From NCBI GenBank assembly GCA_021162685.1, contig JAGGYF010000028.1, forward strand, positions 4,699-68,698: DNA of 64,000 bases, in the 5' to 3' direction. A program made the position numbers and the translations under genes. This DNA is from Candidatus Iainarchaeum sp. (GTDB taxonomy: Archaea > B1Sed10-29 > WALL01). The notes below the pieces were generated by a model. That model was not told the DNA's origin, did not search any database, and saw only the letters and a program-made list of their open reading frames with translations. Shown here piece by piece: positions 26,996 through 36,314 of the stretch (within the stretch, counting starts at the first letter, position 1; each line of letters starts with the position of its first letter).

Positions 26996-27685
26996 ATGCC
27001 AAAAATTTGCTCATTTGATTGTATCTATTGTCAGTTGGGAAGAACGGTCGTAAAAACGACAAAAAGGGAGAAATTTGTTGAAGCGGAGATTGTTCGCAGA
27101 GAGTTGAAGAAGGCATTACGTATTGTAACACCAGACGTTATAACATTCTCTGGGGTATCAGAACCAACACTTGCATCAAATATTTCAGACATCGTGAATG
27201 TAATAAAAGAGGAAACCGATATCCCTGTTGCTATTCTAACAAATGCTTCCCTTATATACAAAAAGGAGGTTATGGACGACCTCATGCATTTTGATATTGT
27301 ATGTGCGAAACTTGATGCTCCAAACCAAAAGATATTTGAGCAGGTAAACAGACCATCATACGGAATAAAAATTGATGATATTATCAACGGAATAAAAGAA
27401 TTTAGAAAAGGATTCACGGGGAAACTCGCACTACAAATTATGTTAGTTAACGAAAATAAACCATACGTGAAAGAAATTGCTAACATAGCAAGGGATATAA
27501 AACCTGATGAGATTCAACTTGATACTCCTCTTAGACCCTGTCCTGTACCTGCCCTTCCAGAGGAGGAGATGTATGAGGCAAAGCAATGCTTTGATGGATT
27601 GAATGTGATAATGGTGTATGATAGGAAAAAACCAGAGGCAAAAGCAATAGATAAGTATGAGACACACCTGAGGAGACCCACATGA
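26996..27685 (+). CDS. short radical SAM enzyme (CxxxCxxC)
   Basis: CSFDCIYC at residues 5-12 of the ATG-initiated ORF; the in-frame upstream peptide YGPVPSWRLGVSLGVDPV (open from 26912, after a TAG) resembles the conserved N-terminus of this radical SAM subfamily, so the real start is probably a non-ATG codon near 26924-26933. Confidence 0.7.
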   Translation: MPKICSFDCIYCQLGRTVVKTTKREKFVEAEIVRRELKKALRIVTPDVITFSGVSEPTLASNISDIVNVIKEETDIPVAILTNASLIYKKEVMDDLMHFDIVCAKLDAPNQKIFEQVNRPSYGIKIDDIINGIKEFRKGFTGKLALQIMLVNENKPYVKEIANIARDIKPDEIQLDTPLRPCPVPALPEEEMYEAKQCFDGLNVIMVYDRKKPEAKAIDKYETHLRRPT

Positions 27686-28566
27686 TAAAAATCACAGTAG
27701 TTTCTGGAAAGGGAGGAGTTGGAAAGAGTAGCATAGCAGCATCCATGGCACTGGTCTTGTCAAAAAACAGAGATATTGTTGCTGTTGATTGTGATGTTGA
27801 TGCACCAAACCTTGGGCTGTTGCTTGGTGTAAAAAAGGAGGGCTTCTCATACAAAGAAGTAGGTACAAAAGAGAAAGCGTCTCTCATAGAAGATAGGTGT
27901 ATAAGATGTAGAAAATGCGTGGATATCTGTGTGTTTTCAGCTATCTCATGGGATAACCTACCGATATTTGATAAATATCTGTGTGAGGGATGCGGAGCGT
28001 GCCAACTTGTATGTCCTGTTGATGCAATTGAACTCATAAAAGTGCAGAATGCATTTATTGGATTTACTGACACACAGTATGGGTTCCCTGTTGTTGGTGG
28101 TCAGCTAAAACCAGGAGAATCTGGGTCTGGTGATGTAGTAACATTAGTAAAGGAAAAGGCAGAGGAGATAGCTAACAAAAGAGGGATTGAGACAATGATT
28201 ATAGACTCTGCAGCAGGTATTGGTTGTCCTGTGATTGCCTCAGTAACGGGTTCAGATTACGTTGTCGCTGTCACAGAACCAACACCCGCAGCATTTAGTG
28301 ACCTTAAGAGGGTTTTGGAAGTTGTTGAACATTTCAACATACCATATGGGATAATTATCAATACATGGAACACCAATCCAGCGTTTACAGAAAAGATTGA
28401 GAAATTCGCTTCTGAGAACGAAATAACGTTACTTGGAAAAATCCCATATGACAAAGCCTTTATTGATGCCTTGGTTCAGCTGATGCCTGTTGTTGCTTAC
28501 GATAAGAGGTTTAAAAAATTGTTTAAAAGTATTCTAGAAAAAACTCTGGCAGAGGTAGAGAAATGA
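27682..28566 (+). CDS. second MinD/Mrp-family P-loop ATPase with inserted 4Fe-4S ferredoxin domain
   Basis: Deviant Walker A SGKGGVGKS; CIRCRKCVDIC and CEGCGACQLVCP. Confidence 0.8.
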   Translation: MIKITVVSGKGGVGKSSIAASMALVLSKNRDIVAVDCDVDAPNLGLLLGVKKEGFSYKEVGTKEKASLIEDRCIRCRKCVDICVFSAISWDNLPIFDKYLCEGCGACQLVCPVDAIELIKVQNAFIGFTDTQYGFPVVGGQLKPGESGSGDVVTLVKEKAEEIANKRGIETMIIDSAAGIGCPVIASVTGSDYVVAVTEPTPAAFSDLKRVLEVVEHFNIPYGIIINTWNTNPAFTEKIEKFASENEITLLGKIPYDKAFIDALVQLMPVVAYDKRFKKLFKSILEKTLAEVEK

Positions 28567-29363
28567 AAAGGATTATTATGTTAATGGTGTTGACTATGCT
28601 TTTGGGTTGCATTCAGAAAACAGAAAAATTTGAGGGGGTTTCTGCTGCTTCTGGCAGCATAAGGATCATAACACTTTATGACAACAATCCTTACGATGAA
28701 CGTTTTGAAACGGGTTTTGGCTATTCTTCATTAATTCAAGCTGGAAACAATACTATACTCTTTGACACAGGAGGAGATAGCATCACACTTTTAAGAAACA
28801 TGGAAAAGGCTGGGGTAAAGCCTGAAACAATAAACATTATTGTGCTTTCCCACATACATGGTGATCATACTGGCGGTCTTCTTGGCTTACTTGAGCATAC
28901 GAAAGCCCCCATTGTATACCTTCCATCATCGTTCCCTCAAGATTTTAAAGAAAAGGTAAAGACCAATGCAAAACTTGTTGAAGTCAGTGCGCCATCTGAA
29001 ATAAGCAAGGGGATTTATTCAACAGGAGAGCTTGGAACATGGATAAAAGAACAGTCACTAATCATAAAAAGCAGTAAGGGAATTATAATAATTACAGGGT
29101 GCGCTCATCCAGGGATTGTTGAAATCGTTAAGAAAGCAAAGGAGATTACTGGCGAAAGGGTTTACTTGGTTCTGGGCGGGTTTCATCTCAATGGCGCAAG
29201 TGAGAATGAGATCAGGAACATTGTTAGGGAATTCAGGGAGCTTGGAGTGGAAAAAGTAGCACCATGCCATTGTACTGGAGAAACTGCCACAAAAATTTTT
29301 AAAGAAGAATATAAAGAGTATTTCATAGAAAACGGGGTTGGAAAAACAGTAGTGGTAGAATGA
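28563..29363 (+). CDS. metallo-beta-lactamase-fold lipoprotein
   Basis: Lipobox-like LLGC after a signal peptide; HxHxDH motif SHIHGDHTGG. Confidence 0.7.
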   Translation: MKRIIMLMVLTMLLGCIQKTEKFEGVSAASGSIRIITLYDNNPYDERFETGFGYSSLIQAGNNTILFDTGGDSITLLRNMEKAGVKPETINIIVLSHIHGDHTGGLLGLLEHTKAPIVYLPSSFPQDFKEKVKTNAKLVEVSAPSEISKGIYSTGELGTWIKEQSLIIKSSKGIIIITGCAHPGIVEIVKKAKEITGERVYLVLGGFHLNGASENEIRNIVREFRELGVEKVAPCHCTGETATKIFKEEYKEYFIENGVGKTVVVE

Positions 29364-30193
29364 TTTTGGAAGCTTTAACAGAGACTTTGAAACTCCTTTT
29401 CATAGTTTTTATTCTTATGGTTGTAATTGAATATCTAGTCCTCAGATTTGAGAAAAAGATCAGAAGATATATTACAGGGAATCCTTTCACCCAGTATCTT
29501 GTGGCATCTGCGCTTGGTGCTATTCCAGGATGTATTGACGCATTTTTTGTCGTCTCTTTGTATACTGCTGGAATAGTAGGCTTTGGGGCCCTGGCTGCTG
29601 TAATGATTTCAACAGCAGGAGACGAGGCATTCATCATGCTTGCTATGATACCTGACACAGCCCTAATAATATTTGGAATCTGCTTTGTATTAGGCATTGT
29701 TGGTGGGTTCCTCGCTGACATTTTTGTTAAGAAGTTTAACCTCAAACTCAGTAAGAGTTGTTGCGTTCCAGTGCATAAAAAAGAAAAGGTAATAACATTG
29801 AAGCATTTTGTCAAAGAACATGTTCTCGGCCACATAGTGAAAAAGCACATGCCAAAGCTGTTCCTCTGGCTTTTTTTCACACTCCTTGTTATAAACTGGG
29901 CGCTTGCTAACCTTGAATTGCAATCCCTTCTTCCCAAAAACTACCTCTGGCTACTTGTTTTCGCAGCAATAGTTGGGATAATACCTGAATCAGGCCCCCA
30001 TATAATGTTTGTTGTGCTTTTTTCCAAGGGATTGATTCCCTTTTCAGTGCTCCTTGTGAACACTATAAGCCAGGATGGCCATGGTTTGCTCCCCTTGCTC
30101 TCACACTCAATAAAAGACACTATTTACCTACAAGTATTTACAACATTATTTGCCCTAGGGGTTGGAATAATTTTGTTTCTCTTAGGTGTTTAG
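29360..30193 (+). CDS. polytopic membrane protein, putative metal/metalloid permease (two repeats with Cys/acidic motifs)
   Basis: About 8 TM; internally repeated motifs GCIDAFF and TAGDEAF reminiscent of permease families. Confidence 0.45.
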   Translation: MILEALTETLKLLFIVFILMVVIEYLVLRFEKKIRRYITGNPFTQYLVASALGAIPGCIDAFFVVSLYTAGIVGFGALAAVMISTAGDEAFIMLAMIPDTALIIFGICFVLGIVGGFLADIFVKKFNLKLSKSCCVPVHKKEKVITLKHFVKEHVLGHIVKKHMPKLFLWLFFTLLVINWALANLELQSLLPKNYLWLLVFAAIVGIIPESGPHIMFVVLFSKGLIPFSVLLVNTISQDGHGLLPLLSHSIKDTIYLQVFTTLFALGVGIILFLLGV

Positions 30194-30195
30194 GT

Positions 30196-30771
30196 ATGTT
30201 GGATGAAATTGCTGAAGAAATAAGAAAATGTAGAAGATGTGACCTATGGAAAACGAGAAAGAACACCGTACCAGGAGAAGGAAATGAAAATGCAGAGGTC
30301 ATGTTTATTGGAGAAGCACCTGGGAGAAAAGAAGATGAAACAGGAAAACCATTTGTTGGTGCTGCTGGAGATGTCTTGAACGAAATGCTTGATGGTATTG
30401 AATTGAAAAGAGAAGATGTTTTTATAACAAGTGTGTTGAAGTGTAGGCCCCCAAACAATAGAAATCCTAGACCAGATGAAATTGCTGCCTGTTCCTTATT
30501 TCTTGAAGAACAGATGAGAACTATAAAGCCAAGAGTAATTTGCACATTGGGGAATGTGGCAACTGCCTATCTCTTAAGGAGGTTTGGAATGAAACCGCAA
30601 CCAATTAGCAGAATACACGGAAAACCAATAAATATTGATACACTTGATTTGCATTTCACACTCATTCCGATGTATCATCCAGCAGCTGTCATATACAATG
30701 CTGGGATGAGGAATGCCTTAGTCAACGATTTTAAAACACTGAAGAAAGTGATTTATAGAAGAACGAGGTAG
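30196..30771 (+). CDS. udg: uracil-DNA glycosylase family 4 (Fe-S type)
   Basis: CRRCDL...[17 protein letters not shown] family 4 signature; H-P-A motif near the C-terminus. Confidence 0.85.
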   Translation: MLDEIAEEIRKCRRCDLWKTRKNTVPGEGNENAEVMFIGEAPGRKEDETGKPFVGAAGDVLNEMLDGIELKREDVFITSVLKCRPPNNRNPRPDEIAACSLFLEEQMRTIKPRVICTLGNVATAYLLRRFGMKPQPISRIHGKPINIDTLDLHFTLIPMYHPAAVIYNAGMRNALVNDFKTLKKVIYRRTR

Positions 30772-30772
30772 T

Positions 30773-32836
30773 ATGGTTATGCCTGAGAAGATACGAAAAA
30801 GGGATGGGAGTGTTGTAAAATTTGACCAGAGGAGGATAACAAAGGCCATAGAAAGAGCAATAAAAGCCATAGGAAAAAAGGATGGAAAACTTGCTAAAAA
30901 ACTCTCGGATAGGGTTGTCAAAAAACTTGGAAAGGTAAAAATCACAACAGTTGAGAGGGTACAAGACGTTGTTGAAGAAGTTTTGGTGGAGTACGGCAAT
31001 GTAAAACTTGTGAGAGCGTATATTAGGTACAGATACCAACATGAAAAACTTAGAAAAACAAAGAGCCTATTTGAAGAAACCGATAAAATCATTGATAGTT
31101 ATCTGAAACAAAAGGATTGGAGAGTTAGGGAAAACAGTAACATCACGTATTCATTTGCTGGGCTCGTCATGTATGTATCAAATGCAGCAATTGCAAACTA
31201 CACTCTTGATAGAATCTATCCAGCGGAGATATCAAAAGCGCACAAATCAGGAGATATACACATACATGACTTACAGTTCGGATTAACAGGCTATTGCGCT
31301 GGTTGGTCACTAAAACAATTATTGCTTGATGGATTTGGTGGAGTTCCTGGAAGAACATCATCAAAGCCTGCAAAGCACTTTGATACCGCATTGTTGCAGA
31401 TGGTGAACTTTTTAGGTACGCTACAAAATGAATGGGCTGGAGCAATGGCATTTAGCTCTGTTGACACATACCTAGCACCATTTGTAGCCAAAGATAAACT
31501 CAGCTATAAGCAAGTACTCCAGGGCATGCAGAAGTTCATTTTCAATCTGAATATAACATCAAGGTGGGGCGGGCAGACACTATTCACAAATGTTACATTT
31601 GATTGGAAAGCACCAGAAGACCTAAGAGAAGAGCACATTATTATCGGAGGCAAACAATTAAGGCAGACATATGGCGAGTTCCAAGATGAAATGGACATGA
31701 TAAACAAGGCATTCATAGAGATCATGATGCAAGGAGATGCAAATGGAAGACCTTTCACTTTCCCAATACCAACATATAACATAACAAAAGAATTTGATTG
31801 GAATTCAGAAAATGCTGATCTACTGTTTGAGATGACAGCAAAATATGGGCTGCCCTACTTCTCAAACTTTGTTAATAGTGACTTGGATCCAAAAGATATA
31901 CGAAGCATGTGCTGCCACCTCAGACTGGATTTGAGACAACTTGAGAGGAATATCACTGGTGGATTATTTGGCTCTGCTGAACTTACTGGTTCTGTTGGCG
32001 TTGTAACCATAAATATGCCAAGGATTGGGTATCTGAGCAAAGATGAGGTAGAATTTTTTGAGAGACTTGATAAACTTATGGAGATAGCAAAAAACTCATT
32101 AGAGATAAAAAGAAAGGTTGTAGCAAGAAACATGGAAAATGGGTTGTTGCCATACTCAAAACGGTATTTGGGCAGTCTAGCAAACCACTTCTCAACTATT
32201 GGTCTTGTGGGAATGAATGAGGCTTGCCTTAATCTCTTCGGAAAGGACATAAGTACCAAAAAGGGAAAAGCATTTGCTGAAAGAACATTGAAACACATGC
32301 TTGAAAGATTGAAGGATTTCCAGGAAGAAACAGGAAACCTCTACAATCTAGAAGCAACACCTGCAGAAGGGTCATCATATAGATTGGCTTATCTTGACAA
32401 AAAGAAGTATCCAAAGATCATCACAGCAAGTAAGGAAGTTCCTAGATATACAAACTCAACGTGGCTGCCTGTGGATAAAACAGACGACGTTATCTATGCG
32501 CTAAAACATCAAGAAGCATTACAAACATTGTATACTGGTGGTACTGTTTTCCATGCATTTTTTGGAGAACGATTGAATAGCGGGAAGGCATGTAAGCGAT
32601 TTGTTAAAAAGGTCATGTATAAAACAAGGATTCCATACCTAACAGTTACACCAACATTTAGTATTTGCCAGGAGCATGGATACATTGTTGGTGAAGAAAA
32701 AACCTGTCCTATATGCGGAAAAGAAACAGAGGTGTATAGTAGAGTTGTTGGATATTTCAGACCAGTAAAGGATTGGAACCCTGGGAAGCAGCAGGAATTC
32801 AAGGAGAGAAAAACATACAATCCAAAGAAGGCGTAG
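30773..32836 (+). CDS. nrdD: anaerobic ribonucleoside-triphosphate reductase (class III RNR)
   Basis: N-terminal ATP-cone; C-terminal Zn ribbon CPICGKE plus glycyl-radical region (RVVGYFRPVKDWNPGKQQEFKERK). Confidence 0.9.
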   Translation: MVMPEKIRKRDGSVVKFDQRRITKAIERAIKAIGKKDGKLAKKLSDRVVKKLGKVKITTVERVQDVVEEVLVEYGNVKLVRAYIRYRYQHEKLRKTKSLFEETDKIIDSYLKQKDWRVRENSNITYSFAGLVMYVSNAAIANYTLDRIYPAEISKAHKSGDIHIHDLQFGLTGYCAGWSLKQLLLDGFGGVPGRTSSKPAKHFDTALLQMVNFLGTLQNEWAGAMAFSSVDTYLAPFVAKDKLSYKQVLQGMQKFIFNLNITSRWGGQTLFTNVTFDWKAPEDLREEHIIIGGKQLRQTYGEFQDEMDMINKAFIEIMMQGDANGRPFTFPIPTYNITKEFDWNSENADLLFEMTAKYGLPYFSNFVNSDLDPKDIRSMCCHLRLDLRQLERNITGGLFGSAELTGSVGVVTINMPRIGYLSKDEVEFFERLDKLMEIAKNSLEIKRKVVARNMENGLLPYSKRYLGSLANHFSTIGLVGMNEACLNLFGKDISTKKGKAFAERTLKHMLERLKDFQEETGNLYNLEATPAEGSSYRLAYLDKKKYPKIITASKEVPRYTNSTWLPVDKTDDVIYALKHQEALQTLYTGGTVFHAFFGERLNSGKACKRFVKKVMYKTRIPYLTVTPTFSICQEHGYIVGEEKTCPICGKETEVYSRVVGYFRPVKDWNPGKQQEFKERKTYNPKKA

Positions 32837-32843
32837 TGGTTGG

Positions 32844-33548
32844 ATGGAATTTAAAGGATTACAAAAGTTAACATTAATAGACTATCCTGGAAAATTGGCA
32901 TGCATAGTATTTACAGGAGGCTGTAATCTCAGATGTCCATTCTGCCAAAACAAGGACCTTGTTCTGAATTATGAAAAACTGCCATCAATATCAGAAGAAG
33001 AAATCATTAAGTTCCTTGAATCAAGAAGGAAATGGTTGGATGGGATTGTTATTACTGGTGGAGAGCCAACAATACACAGTGACCTACCAGAATTTATAAA
33101 AAAAGTTAAAGAGAGGAGGTTTCTTGTCAAGTTGGACACAAATGGCTCAAACCCGGCTATGTTGAAGATGCTTATTGAAAATAGACTCATTGATTATATC
33201 GCAATGGATGTCAAAGCACCATTGGAATGGGAAAAATACAGTAAAGCATCTGGCATAAAAAACAGAGAGATATTTGAGAACATCTTGAAGAGCATAGACA
33301 TACTTATGCACTCAAACATTGATTATGAGTTCAGGACAACTGTTGTTCCAGGATTGCACACAGAGGAGGACATCTTAAAAATTGCTGAGCAGTTGAAAGG
33401 AGCAAGGGCATATTATCTACAACAGTTTAGGCCAAGAACTACGTTGGACCCAAACTATGAAAAGATAGAGCCATATCCAAGAAAAATGCTTGAGAAACTT
33501 GTTGAAAAGATAAAAGGTTACTTTAAACATTGTGGTGTCAGAGGCTAA
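32844..33548 (+). CDS. nrdG: anaerobic RNR activating enzyme (radical SAM)
   Basis: CNLRCPFCQN radical SAM motif; immediately downstream of nrdD. Confidence 0.85.
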   Translation: MEFKGLQKLTLIDYPGKLACIVFTGGCNLRCPFCQNKDLVLNYEKLPSISEEEIIKFLESRRKWLDGIVITGGEPTIHSDLPEFIKKVKERRFLVKLDTNGSNPAMLKMLIENRLIDYIAMDVKAPLEWEKYSKASGIKNREIFENILKSIDILMHSNIDYEFRTTVVPGLHTEEDILKIAEQLKGARAYYLQQFRPRTTLDPNYEKIEPYPRKMLEKLVEKIKGYFKHCGVRG

Positions 33549-33588
33549 TGTAGAACATTATTGCTAGAAACTGTTTGGTTTCTGTTTA

Positions 33589-33855
33589 TTGGTTATCACC
33601 AATAACGTTAACCACCAAACTGCCATAACATTTATAAATCCCTTTTTCATTGTTCAGAACATGGCAAAGAAATGTGAATGTGTGATATGTAACATGCCGA
33701 ACCCAATGTTTTGGGGCATTGTCCTGACCATAGTTGGTATAGTGTACATCCTACAAGAGATGGGCACACAGATCCTACCAAAAGGGGTCTCGCTCTGGTC
33801 AGTGCTTGTCTTGATACTGGGTCTGTTCACACTATACCACAAGATACAGCAATAA
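33589..33855 (+). CDS. small membrane protein (2 TM, CxCxxC N-terminus)
   Basis: Hydrophobic helices IVLTIVGIVYIL and SVLVLILGLFTLY; probable start at the internal ATG 33661 (MAKKCECVIC). Confidence 0.35.
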   Translation: MVITNNVNHQTAITFINPFFIVQNMAKKCECVICNMPNPMFWGIVLTIVGIVYILQEMGTQILPKGVSLWSVLVLILGLFTLYHKIQQ

Positions 33856-33891
33856 TCGCAATAAATGCCCCAAAACGCTAGGTGAACCGTA

Positions 33892-33906
33892 TCATTTATA
33901 AATATA
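33892..33906 (+). promoter_or_regulatory. TATA-box-like element upstream of the rps13-rps4-rps11-rpoD operon
   Basis: ATTTATAAATATAAG about 105 nt upstream of the rps13 ATG. Confidence 0.3.
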
Positions 33907-33957
33907 AGTATGCAAAATAATAGGCATCTGGGCGAGTTTGCTATGCAAACGTGGACC

Positions 33958-33982
33958 CTAGAATAAGTGCTACTTATTCTAG
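33958..33982 (+). promoter_or_regulatory. perfect palindrome CTAGAATAAGTGCTACTTATTCTAG in the rps13 operon leader
   Basis: 11-bp inverted-repeat arms around GC...G, between the putative TATA box and the rps13 start codon. Confidence 0.4.
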
Positions 33983-34009
33983 TATGTCCAAAAACAAAGA
34001 GGGATTACT

Positions 34010-34534
34010 ATGGCAAAGAAAGAGAAGGTTGAACCAAAACCAAAGAAAGAGGTAGAGGACAAGAATATAAGAGGGATTGTGAGAATTGCAGGCAAAGACT
34101 TGGATGGCACATTACCTATCCCACGAGCGCTGCTTGGCATAAAGGGAATTGGCCATAATCTCGCACGCTCTATTGCGTACAAGGCAGAAGAAACCCTTGG
34201 TATTCCGTATAATCAAAAACTTGGTTATTTGACAGAAGAACAATCTGAAACACTTGAGAAGATTATATTAGATCCTGTTAAGTTTGGATTACCTTCATGG
34301 AGTGTCAATAGAAGAAAGGATTACGCAACAGGAAAGGACATTCATCTGACTGGTCATGATCTTGAATTCGCTGTAAAAGATGATATAGGAAGAGAGAAGA
34401 AGATGAAGAGTTACAAAGGAGTAAGGCATGCTGCTGGATTAACAGTTAGGGGACAAAGGACAAAAACATCTGGAAGAAAAGGTGCCACTGTTGGTGTGCA
34501 GAGAAGAAAGAACGTCAAGGGTTCAGGTAAGTAA
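34010..34534 (+). CDS. rps13: 30S ribosomal protein S13
   Basis: S13 family (IRGIVRIAGKDLDGTLPIPRALLGIKGIG); N-terminal K/E-rich extension. Confidence 0.9.
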   Translation: MAKKEKVEPKPKKEVEDKNIRGIVRIAGKDLDGTLPIPRALLGIKGIGHNLARSIAYKAEETLGIPYNQKLGYLTEEQSETLEKIILDPVKFGLPSWSVNRRKDYATGKDIHLTGHDLEFAVKDDIGREKKMKSYKGVRHAAGLTVRGQRTKTSGRKGATVGVQRRKNVKGSGK

Positions 34535-34544
34535 GGTGATATAG

Positions 34545-35150
34545 ATGGGAGATCCAAAACGATTGAGAAAAAAATATACTACACCTGGACATCCTTTTGA
34601 GAAGGAAAGGATTGAAGAGGAAAATAGGTTACTAAAAGAATATGGATTAAAGAACAAAAAGGAGATCTGGAAGGCAAAGAGTAGAATCAGAAACTTTAGG
34701 GCAATTGCGAGGAGATTAGAGGCAGAGAGAGGCCCGCAGAGAGAGACAAAAGAGAAGGAACTTATGAACAAATTGAAGAAAATAGGTTTGGTAGGAGAGG
34801 GTGCAACACTTGATGATGTTCTCTCATTAGAAGTAACAAACATATTGGATAGAAGGCTGCAGACCCTTGTTTTCAAAAAAGGGCTTGCCAGAACCATAAA
34901 ACAGGCAAGGCAGTTTATTGTACATGGGCATATCGCAATTGATGGAAGAAAGGTAGATGTTCCTGGTTACATAGTGCCTGTTGATGAGGAGGGAAAGATT
35001 GGATACTATGGTGAACCTCCTGCAGTTATGAGAAAGACTGAAGAGACTATGCCAGCAACAGTTGAGAAAGAACCAGAAACAAAACCAAAGATAGTTGAGA
35101 AGGCGCCTGAAACAAAGCCAGCTATACCTCAAAAGGAGGGGTCTAAATGA
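34545..35150 (+). CDS. rps4: 30S ribosomal protein S4
   Basis: S4 domain ([35 protein letters not shown]); Pro/Glu/Lys-rich C-terminal extension. Confidence 0.9.
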   Translation: MGDPKRLRKKYTTPGHPFEKERIEEENRLLKEYGLKNKKEIWKAKSRIRNFRAIARRLEAERGPQRETKEKELMNKLKKIGLVGEGATLDDVLSLEVTNILDRRLQTLVFKKGLARTIKQARQFIVHGHIAIDGRKVDVPGYIVPVDEEGKIGYYGEPPAVMRKTEETMPATVEKEPETKPKIVEKAPETKPAIPQKEGSK

Positions 35151-35539
35151 GCACAAAAGAGAAGTGGGGGATAGCCCATATCTATGCATCAGCAAACAAT
35201 ACAATAATAACAATAACAGACCTTACTGGAGCTGAAACATTTGCTAAGTGTTCTGGCGGTATGGTTGTTGACCAGGACTCAAAGCAGGGTTCTCCATATG
35301 CTGCAATGGAAGCTGCACTAAAAGCAGCTGAACAAGCAATGGCAAAAGGAATAACAGGAGTACATGTCAAGATAAGGGCACCTGGTGGACATAAATCAAA
35401 GCATCCTGGTAAAGGTGCGCAGGGAGCAATAAGGGCACTAACCAGGGCAGGATTGAGAATAGGAAAAATAGAAGATGTAACGCCAATCCCACATGATGGA
35501 ACAAAGGCTCCTGGTGGAAAGAGAGGGAGGCGTATCTGA
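35147..35539 (+). CDS. rps11: 30S ribosomal protein S11
   Basis: [22 protein letters not shown] typical of S11. Confidence 0.9.
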   Translation: MSTKEKWGIAHIYASANNTIITITDLTGAETFAKCSGGMVVDQDSKQGSPYAAMEAALKAAEQAMAKGITGVHVKIRAPGGHKSKHPGKGAQGAIRALTRAGLRIGKIEDVTPIPHDGTKAPGGKRGRRI

Positions 35540-36312
35540 TGAGGGTAAAGGTTCTTGAAAGCAAGCCAAATAAAGTAAAGCTTCATATAAGCGGCACAAA
35601 ACCCGTTATTGTTAACTCTTTAAGAAGGGCAATCCTGGGTCTAGTACCCGCGATGGCAATAACAGAGGTGAACATATACGAAAATACATCCGTGATGTTT
35701 GATGAATATATTGCGCACAGGCTTGCAATGATTCCACTAACAACAGATTTGAAAACATATAAGATGCCAGAGGAATGCGAGGGAGGTGGATATAATACAT
35801 GTTCTGTTGATTTGAGTTTAGATGTAAGCGGACCAAAGATGGTTTATTCCTCTGATCTCAAAACAACTGACCCAAAAGTAAAACCTGTTAGTGGAAAGAT
35901 ACCTATTATTGAACTTCAACCAGGGCAACGCCTGAGGCTTGAGGCAAAAGCAACATTGGGTTATCCAGAAGAGCATGTGAGATGGCAGGTTGGAAACGCA
36001 GCATATAGATATGTATTTAACGTGAAGATAGGAAAGGAATGTGAGAACTGTCTTGAATGTGTTAAAGCGTGTCCAAAAAAGGTATTAAAGAAAGGAAGTA
36101 AGAAAATAGAGGTCGCAAATCCGCTAGAATGCAATGGATGTGGCATATGCAAAGAGGTATGCAAAAAGGGCGCCATTGAAATAATACCAGACACAACATC
36201 ATTCATATTCACCATAGAGACAAACGGGCAGATGAGTGCGAGGGACGCACTTAACACAGCAGTAAGTGCACTCCAGAAAAAGGTCTCAGAGATGAGAGAG
36301 ATAATGAAATAA
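35539..36312 (+). CDS. rpoD: DNA-directed RNA polymerase subunit D
   Basis: RpoD/Rpb3 fold with inserted 4Fe-4S ferredoxin-like Cys clusters (CENCLECVKACP, CNGCGICKEVC). Confidence 0.9.
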   Translation: MRVKVLESKPNKVKLHISGTKPVIVNSLRRAILGLVPAMAITEVNIYENTSVMFDEYIAHRLAMIPLTTDLKTYKMPEECEGGGYNTCSVDLSLDVSGPKMVYSSDLKTTDPKVKPVSGKIPIIELQPGQRLRLEAKATLGYPEEHVRWQVGNAAYRYVFNVKIGKECENCLECVKACPKKVLKKGSKKIEVANPLECNGCGICKEVCKKGAIEIIPDTTSFIFTIETNGQMSARDALNTAVSALQKKVSEMREIMK

Positions 36313-36314
36313 AT

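Noticed and set aside
30773-32836. Inteins or homing endonucleases in NrdD, aIF5B, SecY or GluRS
   Set aside because: Protein lengths are normal for the families and conserved motifs are contiguous; no HNH/LAGLIDADG blocks seen.
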